A stretch of DNA of 64,000 nt from Candidatus Neptunichlamydia sp. (GTDB lineage: Bacteria; Chlamydiota; Chlamydiia; Chlamydiales; Simkaniaceae): NCBI GenBank assembly GCA_965233865.1, contig OZ247587.1, forward strand, positions 1,408,001 to 1,472,000, in the 5' to 3' direction. Every line of letters starts with the position of its first letter. Position 1 is the first letter of the stretch. Under the pieces are notes generated by a model. The model was not told where the DNA came from. It did not search any database and saw only the letters and a program-made list of their open reading frames with translations. A program made the position numbers and the translations under genes. Below, one piece after another: positions 31,488-40,712 of the stretch.

Positions 31488-31547
31488 GAGGCTATTCCAC
31501 GACTAGAAGTGTCATTTATAAAGGGACAATGATATCAGGAAGAGGGA

Positions 31548-32054
31548 TTAATTAGAAGATGCACGTTTCTTAAATTGAAGGAGCTCAATGAAGGCAAGGC
31601 AGCCAAAGAGGACGAAGAGGAAGTAGAGCTGAGGAGGAAAAGAAATTTTCAAAACGAGTGTAATCAACAGGCAAAACTGTGCTGCAGTGGCAATCTTTCC
31701 CCAGCGAATAGACTTAACTTCGAGGCTTCTCCAAGCGCCGGTGATTCCAAGGTAAGAGAGAAAAATCAAGAGGAAAAAGTCTCGTGAAAGCATCGTTGCG
31801 ACTTGCCAAGGAAGGACATGGTGTTCAAAGAGGAGAACTCCTAGAACAACATAAACAAAAAATTTATCCATTAAAGGGTCTAATATTGCACCAAACCTAG
31901 AAGTGAAATGGTAGCGGCGAGCCAAATAACCATCGACGCCATCTGAAAGCATGGCTAATACAATGACAACCGTCCGAAGAGCTGTACTCTCTATAATAAA
32001 AAGAAGCGCTAAAGGTGCTCTCAAAAAAGAGATACTATTCGGCGGATTTAACAT
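31548..32054 (-). CDS. pgsA: CDP-alcohol phosphatidyltransferase (PgsA-like)
   Basis: SDGVDGYLAR...FGAILDPLMDK signature. Confidence 0.85.
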   Translation of the reverse strand: MLNPPNSISFLRAPLALLFIIESTALRTVVIVLAMLSDGVDGYLARRYHFTSRFGAILDPLMDKFFVYVVLGVLLFEHHVLPWQVATMLSRDFFLLIFLSYLGITGAWRSLEVKSIRWGKIATAAQFCLLITLVLKISFPPQLYFLFVLFGCLAFIELLQFKKRASSN

Positions 32055-32080
32055 CGTATGAGTATTTATGCCTTGTGTTT

Positions 32081-32728
32081 CTATGAATCAAGCTTCGGCT
32101 TATTGGTTAGACGAGCTTGTTTTTTCCTATATTTCTTATACCAGACAAAGGCAATTACCGTCACACCGAAAGCTAAAAATATAAAAAGATTTAAGGTTTT
32201 TACTTTGGAAAGAAGGGCTTCATAGTTTTGTCCCAATCGATAAAATCCAAAAAAACAGACGCTTGCCCATATTGAACAAGCGAGTGCATCACGCACAATA
32301 AATTTTCTAAAGTTTGCTTTGCTCATTCCCGTTGTCATGAAAATACAGTTCCGGATGCCGAAAGGAATGAACCTCCCCACTAGAAGCGTTAATAAACCAT
32401 ATTTTTCATAAAACTTTCCGACTTTCTCCAACTTTTCAGCAGGAAGTAACTTGGAGAAATAACGGATCTTCAGTAGCTTAATGCCGATTTTTCGTCCAAT
32501 CCAATAGCAAATTATTGCGGAAAAATATGCTCCAAAGAGAACACTCGCGAATAAAATAGCTGTATGCTCAGGGATCAGAGTTGCTGCCAAAAAGGCAGTT
32601 AAAACCATGATCACATCAATGCTAATTGGGATATTTAAGCCTGCTAGTAAGATGAGAGTAAAGACTATTAAAGGGGCGTAGGAGCTGTGCTCAACAATAA
32701 AATTTACTAGTGCTTCCATAGCATTCAT
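32081..32728 (-). CDS. DedA family membrane protein
   Basis: YWIGR and GRFIPFGIR motifs. Confidence 0.9.
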   Translation of the reverse strand: MNAMEALVNFIVEHSSYAPLIVFTLILLAGLNIPISIDVIMVLTAFLAATLIPEHTAILFASVLFGAYFSAIICYWIGRKIGIKLLKIRYFSKLLPAEKLEKVGKFYEKYGLLTLLVGRFIPFGIRNCIFMTTGMSKANFRKFIVRDALACSIWASVCFFGFYRLGQNYEALLSKVKTLNLFIFLAFGVTVIAFVWYKKYRKKQARLTNKPKLDS

Positions 32729-32867
32729 TATTCCACAATTTTCATAAAATCAGAAGACAAAATTGACAAGTATTCTACTGAAAAGGAAAAAACATGGATT
32801 AAAGTTTTGAGGGTAGTTACCTAAAAATTGATAACCCTAACTTTTGAAAAGAAGCGAGCACTGCCAA

Positions 32868-32960
32868 TCATATGCCATTCTTTCCATGCCTACCCTTGGG
32901 TTTAAGGAGTAGCGGCTTCAGTATTTTCCATATTTCATCCGTTATTACTTCTCTCACTAT
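32868..32960 (-). mobile_element. IS5-family transposase N-terminal remnant
   Basis: (I)VREVITDEIWKILKPLLLKPKGRHGK* matches the IS5 'lTDeqW..iePLlp...GR' start; below the ORF-track length cutoff. Confidence 0.65.
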
Positions 32961-33134
32961 AAAAAATTATCTCCTATTTCTATAGGAGTATATGTGAAAT
33001 TAATCTTTAGAGGCAGGACCTACGTACTGGAAAAGAATACTGATAGGAAAGGTAGCGGAGGGAGCAAGAGATTTGTAGAAATTAGTTGCTTGTGGTTTGG
33101 TTTTCCAAAAAGCAGAAATGGGATTAAGAGGGTA

Positions 33135-34721
33135 TTAAGTAGTGGAGACCTTTTGAGTAACTGTGTTTTTAATGGTTGCCAGTTCACCTCCTTCGATATC
33201 GATTTTTTCATCTTGCTTTGTGAGACGGGTAAATTGGCGGCCAAGGGACTGTGCTGCAATGATCCAGCCAAGGACAACAAAAAGGAGAAAGACGCCAACA
33301 AAGGGTGTGCTAAGAGAAACAGTTCCAAAGACCATTAGAAGGCTTCCGTGGACAATCGACCCTCCTGTTTTTCCAAGACGAGATCCCACTCCATCAATAG
33401 CGGCTTTTCCTTTAAATTTTGATTCAAAGCTGAGAGGGATAAACGAAATCTCTTTCGTCGCATCAAAGAGGGTATATTTACATGCCCGCGAGAACACATT
33501 TTGAACTGTTCCAAAGAAAACTCCTAAGGCAAGTGGTGTGAAGCCGAAGAGGGCGCTCCATTTAATGAGGGTAGGGTTCTCTTTGAATAGCATAACGCCA
33601 AAGAAGAAAAGACCTGTGATTATGAGAGCAACGGGGGTAATCAGAGCGCTAAAGGTCCATCCCATCTTGCGAATCATATTTCCACTGATAAAGATAGCGA
33701 TAAATGTGGAAAGAAACCCTATCCATTTGAGAACACTTCCCATGTATGCGTTGAAGTCGTTCGGGTTGGGGTATAGGAAACAAATTTGATCTTTCCAAAC
33801 GATCTCAATCATGTTAATGGCAAGGTTAAAGCCGATGACTAAAGCGGCTATACAAAGAAGATATTTTGATTTTGTGAGGTAAGCAAAGCTTTTTCGCATC
33901 CCCATTTTGACCTTTTTTCGCTCACTTTGATTTTTTACATACTCTTCTTTCATAGTAGGGTCACGGCGGACTACACGGGTGTTGTACCATCGAAAGATTC
34001 CAATGGATAGAAGTCCTGCAAAAATGACAATGGTTGTAACAAGACCTAAGCTTTGTCCCCACGCATCGTCTCCAAAGAAGAAGGAAAGGTCAAATAGTTG
34101 CCCCGAGACAAGAATTGCAATTTGCCCAGCAAAGATAGCGGAAGCATTTGCTCCGACCCCTAAGATTCCGTAGAATCGTTTGGCATCTTTGACAGTCATA
34201 ATCTCATTGGCGAAGGCCCAAAAAAGGACCGACATAATGGCTGTTCCCCACAGTTCTGACATCACATAGAAGAGGGTGAAGGACCAGTTGCGAAACATTG
34301 CGATAAGCCCTTGAAGTTTTGGTGCCATTTCCTCTAAGTGGTCACAAAGCGTATGAGGATGTATGACATCTCTAAGGGGGTAAAGAACAAGAGCAAAAAC
34401 GGCAAAAAAGGACAAAAAGCTCCCGATCATAATGTAAAAAACTTTTTCTTGGGAGAATCGATTGAAAAGGCGGGTAAAAAGGTATGTGACTAAAAGAGCC
34501 ATAGGTAGAATCGCCCAGATCTTAATGAAAGGAATCACAGCGGCTCCTGAGGAGTTAGCCGTAATCACAAGAGCGTCCTTTGCTGCCTTTAGGAGGCTAT
34601 AGTTAAAGCAGATTAGAGCATAGAGAATCAAAAGAGGAAGAAACTTTTTAATTTCCCATCGATGAATAGGCCATAGATAGAGGCGCCAACGGCTGAACTC
34701 TTTATTACCTTTGGACGACAT
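33135..34721 (-). CDS. Npt/NTT (TLC family) nucleotide transporter, paralog A
   Basis: LWPIHRWEIKKFLP, FYVMSELWG, FWAFANEI and KGKAAIDGVGSRLGKTGGS motifs. Confidence 0.96.
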   Translation of the reverse strand: MSSKGNKEFSRWRLYLWPIHRWEIKKFLPLLILYALICFNYSLLKAAKDALVITANSSGAAVIPFIKIWAILPMALLVTYLFTRLFNRFSQEKVFYIMIGSFLSFFAVFALVLYPLRDVIHPHTLCDHLEEMAPKLQGLIAMFRNWSFTLFYVMSELWGTAIMSVLFWAFANEIMTVKDAKRFYGILGVGANASAIFAGQIAILVSGQLFDLSFFFGDDAWGQSLGLVTTIVIFAGLLSIGIFRWYNTRVVRRDPTMKEEYVKNQSERKKVKMGMRKSFAYLTKSKYLLCIAALVIGFNLAINMIEIVWKDQICFLYPNPNDFNAYMGSVLKWIGFLSTFIAIFISGNMIRKMGWTFSALITPVALIITGLFFFGVMLFKENPTLIKWSALFGFTPLALGVFFGTVQNVFSRACKYTLFDATKEISFIPLSFESKFKGKAAIDGVGSRLGKTGGSIVHGSLLMVFGTVSLSTPFVGVFLLFVVLGWIIAAQSLGRQFTRLTKQDEKIDIEGGELATIKNTVTQKVSTT

Positions 34722-34890
34722 AATCCTCCAGAAAATAGCTCCATAATTGTTGGGGATTCCAAAAAGCCTCGAATACTCGATGAGAAAAAAAGTTCTTTTT
34801 TTCTAAAGGGCAGGCTTGTTTCACAAAAGGCCTCGCCTCAAAAACTTTTTTAACATTACTGTCCCGGATGGAATATCTATACGACTCGAC

Positions 34891-34918
34891 ATTATATCAT
34901 AAGTGAGTTATTTGACAA
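34891..34918 (-). promoter_or_regulatory. Promoter of NTT paralog A
   Basis: Minus strand TTGTCA, 16-nt spacer, TG-A-TATAAT (extended -10); conserved upstream of paralog B. Confidence 0.7.
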
Positions 34919-35027
34919 TGGGAATTATACCCGAATTTTGGAGATTTTCTAGAGGGAAGAGAAGAGTTTTTTAATTTTAATTTATGAATTATTTTAGCAA
35001 TAGAAAATTGTTGATAGTATAATAAAA

Positions 35028-36611
35028 TCAGGTGGTGGAGAGAGTTTGAGTTGTGGGTTTTTTAGTGACTACCACTTCTTCTTCGATATCAATTTTTTCA
35101 TCCTGTTTTGCGAGGCAATTAAATTGACGGCCAAGGGATCTGGCAGCAACGATCCAGCCAAAGACAACGAGAAGGAGGAAGACAGCAACAAAAGGTGTGC
35201 TGAGGGAAACGCTTCCAAAAACCATGAGAAGGCCCCCGTGGACAATCGATCCCCCTGTTTTTCCAAGGCGAGATCCCACTCCGTCGATAGCGGCTTTCCC
35301 TTTAAACTTTGACTCGGAGCTAAGCGGGATAAATGAAATTTCTTTCGTTGCATCAAATAATGTATATTTGCAGGTCCGCGAAATAATGTTTTGAACGGTT
35401 CCAAAAAGGACTCCGATAGCAAGAGGAGTAAAACCCAGAGCAGTGCTCCATGAGATTAGCGAAGAATTGTCTTTAAAAAGAAGGATGCCAAAGAAAAAGA
35501 TTCCTGTGAGTAGCAATGAAACGGGTGTAATAAGAGCGCTAAAGGTCCATCCCATCTTTCGGATCACATTTCCACTCACAAAGATTGCAACAAAGGTGGA
35601 AAGGAATCCTATCGATTTTACAACACCTCCCATGTATGCGTTGTAATCATTGGGATTTGGATGGAGAATGCTGATCTGGTCTTTCCAAATGATTTCAACC
35701 ATGTTGATGGCAATATTGAACCCGATCACAAGGACGGCTATGCAAAGAAGGTATTTTGATTTTGCAAGGTATGCAAAACTTTTGCGCATTCCCATTTTGA
35801 CTTTTTTTCGTTTGGCATGATTTTTTACATGCTCTTCTTTCATGGCGGGATCGCGGTAAACGACATGGGTGTTATACCATTTGAAAAATCCCATAGTTAG
35901 GAGTCCTGTAAAAATCACAATGGTGGTGACAAGGCCCAAACTTTGTCCCCAAGCATCCGCTCCAAAAATGAAGGAAAGGTCGAATATTTGTCCGGAGACT
36001 AGAATCGCAATTTGTCCGGCAAAGATCGCAGAAATATTGGCTCCGATTCCTAGGATTCCATAGAATCGTTTGGCATCTTTAACGGTCATTACTTCATTGG
36101 CAAAGGCCCAAAAAAGGACCGACATGATGGCTGTTCCCCAAAGTTCAGATATTACGTAGAAAAGGGTAAAAGACCAGTTGCGAAGCATTGCAATCATGGC
36201 CTGACATTTTGGGGCAATGGCTTCTAACTGATCACAAAATGCGTGGGGATGGATAACGTCACGTAGGGGGTAGAGAACGAGAGCAAAGATGGCAAAAAAG
36301 AGTAAAAAGCCCCCAATCATGATGTAAAAAACTCTTTCTTGGGAAAAACGATTGAAAAGACGCGTAAAGAGATAAGTGACCAGGAGAGCCATGGGAAGAA
36401 TCACCCAGATCTTGATAAAGGGGAGTACAGCGGCCCCTGAAGAATTAGCTGTAATCACAAGGGCGTCTTTTGCGGATTTCAGAAGATTGTAGTTAAAGCA
36501 GATCAGAGCGTAGAGAATTAGAAGGGGAACAAATTTTTTCATTTCCCATCGATGAATAGGCCATAGATAGAGGCGCCAACGACTGAACTCTTCTCTATTT
36601 TTGGAGGACAT
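35028..36611 (-). CDS. Npt/NTT (TLC family) nucleotide transporter, paralog B
   Basis: Same motifs as paralog A; start re-set to ATG 36611 (MSSKNREEF) after GGAGGGG, matching the paralog A start. Confidence 0.96.
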   Translation of the reverse strand: MSSKNREEFSRWRLYLWPIHRWEMKKFVPLLILYALICFNYNLLKSAKDALVITANSSGAAVLPFIKIWVILPMALLVTYLFTRLFNRFSQERVFYIMIGGFLLFFAIFALVLYPLRDVIHPHAFCDQLEAIAPKCQAMIAMLRNWSFTLFYVISELWGTAIMSVLFWAFANEVMTVKDAKRFYGILGIGANISAIFAGQIAILVSGQIFDLSFIFGADAWGQSLGLVTTIVIFTGLLTMGFFKWYNTHVVYRDPAMKEEHVKNHAKRKKVKMGMRKSFAYLAKSKYLLCIAVLVIGFNIAINMVEIIWKDQISILHPNPNDYNAYMGGVVKSIGFLSTFVAIFVSGNVIRKMGWTFSALITPVSLLLTGIFFFGILLFKDNSSLISWSTALGFTPLAIGVLFGTVQNIISRTCKYTLFDATKEISFIPLSSESKFKGKAAIDGVGSRLGKTGGSIVHGGLLMVFGSVSLSTPFVAVFLLLVVFGWIVAARSLGRQFNCLAKQDEKIDIEEEVVVTKKPTTQTLSTT

Positions 36612-36732
36612 ACCCCTCCAAGCCGAAATTGTGTGATTGTAAAAATTCTCGAGAGGTTGCAAAGGTCTGTTGAGAAAAAAATAATTTTTTTTTTAACATG
36701 ATGTCCCTGCATAAGTGCGTGTATGCCCCGGC

Positions 36733-36760
36733 ATTATATCATGAGTAGGTTATTTGACAA
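36733..36760 (-). promoter_or_regulatory. Promoter of NTT paralog B
   Basis: Minus strand TTGTCA-AATAACCTACTCATGA-TATAAT, homologous to 34891-34918. Confidence 0.7.
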
Positions 36761-36766
36761 TTGGTA

Positions 36767-37951
36767 TTATTTGGGTGTGAGGGCATCGACTCCGGGAAGG
36801 TGGCCAAATTCGATAAATTCTAGAGATGAGCCTCCTCCGGTGGAAAGATGAGCAAAACTTTTCTCCAATTTTAGATCGCTAATAGCTGCAACAGAATCGC
36901 CTCCTCCGACAATCACATCTCCTGACATCATAGATAAATTTTGAGCGAGCCTTTCTGTGCCATGGGCAAATGAAGGTTCTTCAAACACTCCCATTGGGCC
37001 GTTCCAAAAAATTGTTGCTCCTTTGCTCACAAGGGGAGTCCATTCCTCGACTGTTTGAGGGCCAATATCCATCCCCTTCCATCCTTTTTTGATGCCATCT
37101 TTTGATAGGATTATTTGGATGTCTTGGTCATCGGTGACAACTAAATCTTTGGGGAGGTGAACCTGAATGGCTTTTTCTTCACAAACTTTCAGGAAAGACT
37201 TGGCATTGTCGAGCATTTCATCATCGCAAATGGAATCTCCAATAGAGAGGCCCATCGCTTTGAAAAAGGTAAATGACAGCCCTCCCCCAATAAAAATCCC
37301 GTCTATTTTTTGAGATAATGAGTTGAGGACACCGAGCTTACTCCCAACTTTTGATCCTCCAATGATGGCATAAAAAGGGCGCTTGGGGTTTAAAACAACT
37401 TGAGAGAGGTACGAAACTTCCTTCTCCATAAGGAAACCCATTGCACTGGCTTTGGGGAAAAATTTGGTGATTCCCACAATAGAGGAATGATTTCGGTGGG
37501 CAGCTCCAAAAGCATCGTCAACGTAAACATCGCCTAGTTTCGCAAGGTTTTTTGCAAACTCAGGGTCTGTATCAGGATGCTCTTCTCCTTTGTGAAATCG
37601 AAGGTTTTCTAGCAGAAGAACTTCTCCTACTTGGAGATTCTTTGCAATATTTTCGACATCACTTCCTACACTGCTTGGAGCTAGCATGACGTTTTGCTCC
37701 AAAATGTTAGACAGGTATTGAGCCACAGGCCTCAAGGATAGGTTGGGGTTGATCTTCCCTTTTGGCCTTCCAAAGTGGCACATGAGGATTAGGGAGCCCC
37801 CATGGGCGAGTATATATTCTATTGATGGAAGAGAAGCTTGAATTCGAGCATCGTTCGTGATCATTCCCTCCGCATTGAGAGGGACATTGAAATCAACCCG
37901 CATTAACACCTTCTGCCCTTTGATATCTAGGTCTTGAAGGGAAAGTTTCAT
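36767..37951 (-). CDS. pgk: Phosphoglycerate kinase
   Basis: RVDFNVPL, LLENLRFH, WNGPMGVFE, GGGDS and STGGG motifs. Confidence 0.99.
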   Translation of the reverse strand: MKLSLQDLDIKGQKVLMRVDFNVPLNAEGMITNDARIQASLPSIEYILAHGGSLILMCHFGRPKGKINPNLSLRPVAQYLSNILEQNVMLAPSSVGSDVENIAKNLQVGEVLLLENLRFHKGEEHPDTDPEFAKNLAKLGDVYVDDAFGAAHRNHSSIVGITKFFPKASAMGFLMEKEVSYLSQVVLNPKRPFYAIIGGSKVGSKLGVLNSLSQKIDGIFIGGGLSFTFFKAMGLSIGDSICDDEMLDNAKSFLKVCEEKAIQVHLPKDLVVTDDQDIQIILSKDGIKKGWKGMDIGPQTVEEWTPLVSKGATIFWNGPMGVFEEPSFAHGTERLAQNLSMMSGDVIVGGGDSVAAISDLKLEKSFAHLSTGGGSSLEFIEFGHLPGVDALTPK

Positions 37952-38697
37952 AAATTTGAAAAGGGGTTAGAGGCTTGTGTAAAAAGGTTTCCTTGCTTGC
38001 GCTTTTTAAGCTCAGAGCGGAGTGAAAAAAGGAGGTCTTGGTCAAAATTTTGATTCGCAGCCCAACGCAAGTACTCAACGGGGATGTCGCGAAATAGACG
38101 TCCCTTGTGTTTGCCAAGGGGCATTAGTCTGAGGGCAATTGGTTTCTCGAGACGCTTTATGAGTTCTTCAGTCGTCTTAAATTTTCGGCTTAAGTGTTTA
38201 AAAACCTCGATGTTTACGATCACATCATTCATTGCGCGGTGCGCCCCATGAGCTTCGATATTGAAATGTTTTCGTAGGACTTCAAGAGAGTTCGTAGGGC
38301 TTTCTCCATAAAGTCGGGCCATGCGGAGCGTGTCGATATATTTCTGTTTTAATAGATTAGATTTGACATATGATCGTTTTGATTCTGAGTCCAAAAGGGT
38401 TAAGTCAAAGGGGATCCCATGCCCCACAACAATATGATCCCCAATAAAATTTAAATAGTCTGCAGCAACGTTTTTGGCTGAAGGTTTCCCTCGAACCATC
38501 TCATCAGTAATGTGATGGATCTCGATTGTGTGTTGAGGGATCAAAATGCCTGGATCAATGAGATCTTCTTTTGAATCGAGGATTCCGTCAAAAGTGAAGG
38601 TAGCGGCCGCAATTTCAATGAGTCGATCTTTTTTGGGGTCAAGTCCTGTAGATTCGCAGTCAAAGCAGAGAAATGTATCTTTGTGGATTAGTCCCAT
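37948..38697 (-). CDS. DEDDh 3'-5' exonuclease (DnaQ-like) with C-terminal DUF3820-like domain
   Basis: FDCESTG, HGIPFD, HRAMND; C-terminal MPLGKHKG...IPVEYLRW. Confidence 0.9.
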   Translation of the reverse strand: MGLIHKDTFLCFDCESTGLDPKKDRLIEIAAATFTFDGILDSKEDLIDPGILIPQHTIEIHHITDEMVRGKPSAKNVAADYLNFIGDHIVVGHGIPFDLTLLDSESKRSYVKSNLLKQKYIDTLRMARLYGESPTNSLEVLRKHFNIEAHGAHRAMNDVIVNIEVFKHLSRKFKTTEELIKRLEKPIALRLMPLGKHKGRLFRDIPVEYLRWAANQNFDQDLLFSLRSELKKRKQGNLFTQASNPFSNL

Positions 38698-39278
38698 AAT
38701 GCCTTGTTCACTTCATGGATAAGTGCTTCTCTGCACTTCCCTTCTTTTATAGAGTACAGTACGGGAGGCAATCCACTCAAGGTTTTCTCACCTTCGATGC
38801 GCTTTAGTGAGACATACCTTTCTGATTGAATGAGTTTATCCCCTTTTGTCAAAACAAGTAGAAGGGGCATATGGATATGCTGTGCCCATTCAATAAACTG
38901 TCGATCTTCAGTTGTGAGTTCTCGCCTAGAGTCAAGGAGAAAAATAATCAGCTTCAGTCCGCGCTCTTTTAAGTATTTGTCAATCCATACTCCCCATTCC
39001 TCTTGAAGACTTTTTGAGGTTTTAGCATAACCGTATCCTGGGAGGTCGACAAGTACAAGAGAATCGTCAATAACAAAATAGTTGATTCGCTGTGTTTTTC
39101 CTGGTTTTGATGAAACTTTTGCAACGGTTTTTGAACGGAGGAGATGGTTAATAAGAGAAGATTTTCCTACGTTAGAGCGCCCCACAACAGCAATTTCAGG
39201 GAGCTCCATATCAGGAAGCTCATCGGTTTTGAGAGCAGATGTTAGAAACACGGCCTTTTTAAAGAGGACTTTCTTCAT
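38688..39278 (-). CDS. engB: Ribosome biogenesis GTPase EngB/YihA
   Basis: GRSNVGKSSLIN, PGKT, DLPGYGYA and TKGD motifs. Confidence 0.96.
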   Translation of the reverse strand: MKKVLFKKAVFLTSALKTDELPDMELPEIAVVGRSNVGKSSLINHLLRSKTVAKVSSKPGKTQRINYFVIDDSLVLVDLPGYGYAKTSKSLQEEWGVWIDKYLKERGLKLIIFLLDSRRELTTEDRQFIEWAQHIHMPLLLVLTKGDKLIQSERYVSLKRIEGEKTLSGLPPVLYSIKEGKCREALIHEVNKALWD

Positions 39279-39711
39279 AACGGATTATTCGCTCCTTCTT
39301 CCCATGGTATTCAATTTTGATCATCCCTCGATTCGGTGGCAGTATCGGAGCAATTCTTTCTGGCCATTCTACTAAACAGAGAAAACCGAAATATTCATCG
39401 AGACCGCGTTCAAGGAAATCTTGTGGTCCGTTTAGTCGGTAGCAATCGAAGTGATACAGAGTTTCTTTTCCTTCATAAATATTGAGGTAATTGAAGGTGG
39501 GGCTATTAATTTCATTAGGGGATAGTCCTGTAATCCTTGCTGCAATCCCCTTAATGAGAGTTGTCTTCCCCGCTCCTAGATTCCCTGTGAAACAGATGAC
39601 CTGTTCTCTAGGGATCAATTGACCAATTTCCTCTCCAATGGAAACGGTTTCTTCTGGAGATTTACTGATTCTCTTCAATCCAACGAGCGACATGGGTCTC
39701 AAATTCATCAT
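39259..39711 (-). CDS. tsaE: t6A biosynthesis ATPase TsaE
   Basis: GNLGAGKTT, SPTF, YHFDCYRL and VEWPE motifs; true start probably slightly downstream. Confidence 0.95.
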   Translation of the reverse strand: MMNLRPMSLVGLKRISKSPEETVSIGEEIGQLIPREQVICFTGNLGAGKTTLIKGIAARITGLSPNEINSPTFNYLNIYEGKETLYHFDCYRLNGPQDFLERGLDEYFGFLCLVEWPERIAPILPPNRGMIKIEYHGKKERIIRYEESPL

Positions 39712-40387
39712 GGGCGCTCATCGCTTCGACAAACGCGGAAATTCTAGTATCGTCGAGTTGTTCTTGAATAAAAGCGAGGAAATGCTCTTCAATCTGATAG
39801 CGGTTTTGAGAAGGAACATCGACAAGTTCCATACTCTTGAGTTGATTCTTTTCAAAGTCGTCAAGGACTGCCTTCTTGCTGTTAAACAGCTTTCCAGTCA
39901 CTCCGGATGAAAAAACGATTTTAGAGATAGGCTCGCGCCTTTTCTGAATATAATTTTTAATGACATCAGGATCTTCAGAAACAAAAAAGCGTTTTACTTT
40001 GATTCCGTCGAGTCTTTCCTTGTTCTCAGGGCATTTTGATACCCAGTCGTAAATCGCATCTTGAGGATTAGGGTGAATATTATCTCCAAAAACTTTACCA
40101 GTAAAGGGGCAGATATAGATTTTTTTCGTTGCTGCATTGACCGATTGTGTACCGACTTGAATCTTTATCTCTGTCTCACGCCAAAGTTTTCCGGTTTCTT
40201 CAAGCCTTTTCAAGAGATCAGTTTTGCTCTGAAAGATTGTTTTCTCCCGCAAGAACAGGACAGGCTGGATATTGTATTTTTTTTCGAGAAAAAAAAAGTA
40301 AGTCGTTAATAGATCAGACTTTTTGTGTTTCTTTAGGTAGTCAGCCAGGAGATCTTTCAGACTTGGGGTAATGATGGTACTTATCAT
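39662..40387 (-). CDS. Chlamydial conserved protein (DUF2709-like)
   Basis: IYICPFTGKVFGDN...DAIYDWVSKCPEN; adjacent to tsaE as in chlamydial genomes; start set at MISTI. Confidence 0.75.
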   Translation of the reverse strand: MISTIITPSLKDLLADYLKKHKKSDLLTTYFFFLEKKYNIQPVLFLREKTIFQSKTDLLKRLEETGKLWRETEIKIQVGTQSVNAATKKIYICPFTGKVFGDNIHPNPQDAIYDWVSKCPENKERLDGIKVKRFFVSEDPDVIKNYIQKRREPISKIVFSSGVTGKLFNSKKAVLDDFEKNQLKSMELVDVPSQNRYQIEEHFLAFIQEQLDDTRISAFVEAMSAHDEFETHVARWIEENQ

Positions 40388-40712
40388 TTCACATAATCCT
40401 TGATTCAATTTTGCCAACCCATTCTATCGGAAAAAATCTTTATCTTCAACCCTGAACCTATACCGTATTAAAGAACTCTTTTGAAAAGGATTATTTGACA
40501 ACGCTATTTAATACCATTCGTAAAAAATAAAGTCATAAATTAGCCCAAGATCTTGAGCAGAGATTCTTCACTCTGGTTGGAATGTCGACAAATACTCCTA
40601 ATGTTAAGAGTGGTCTTAGTATTATGATTTTCCATAAATAAATATTTATTGAGGTGGGTGGGGAGGTAACAATCTTGACAATTTTAGGGAGAGAGCCGCA
40701 TGATGGACCTCT

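Noticed and set aside
33020..36063. Paired alternative-frame and antisense ORFs conserved over both NTT genes
   Set aside because: Conservation is explained by the NTT duplication; no independent coding signals
36612..36662. 17-aa N-terminal extension of NTT paralog B
   Set aside because: RBS and paralog alignment place the start at ATG 36611
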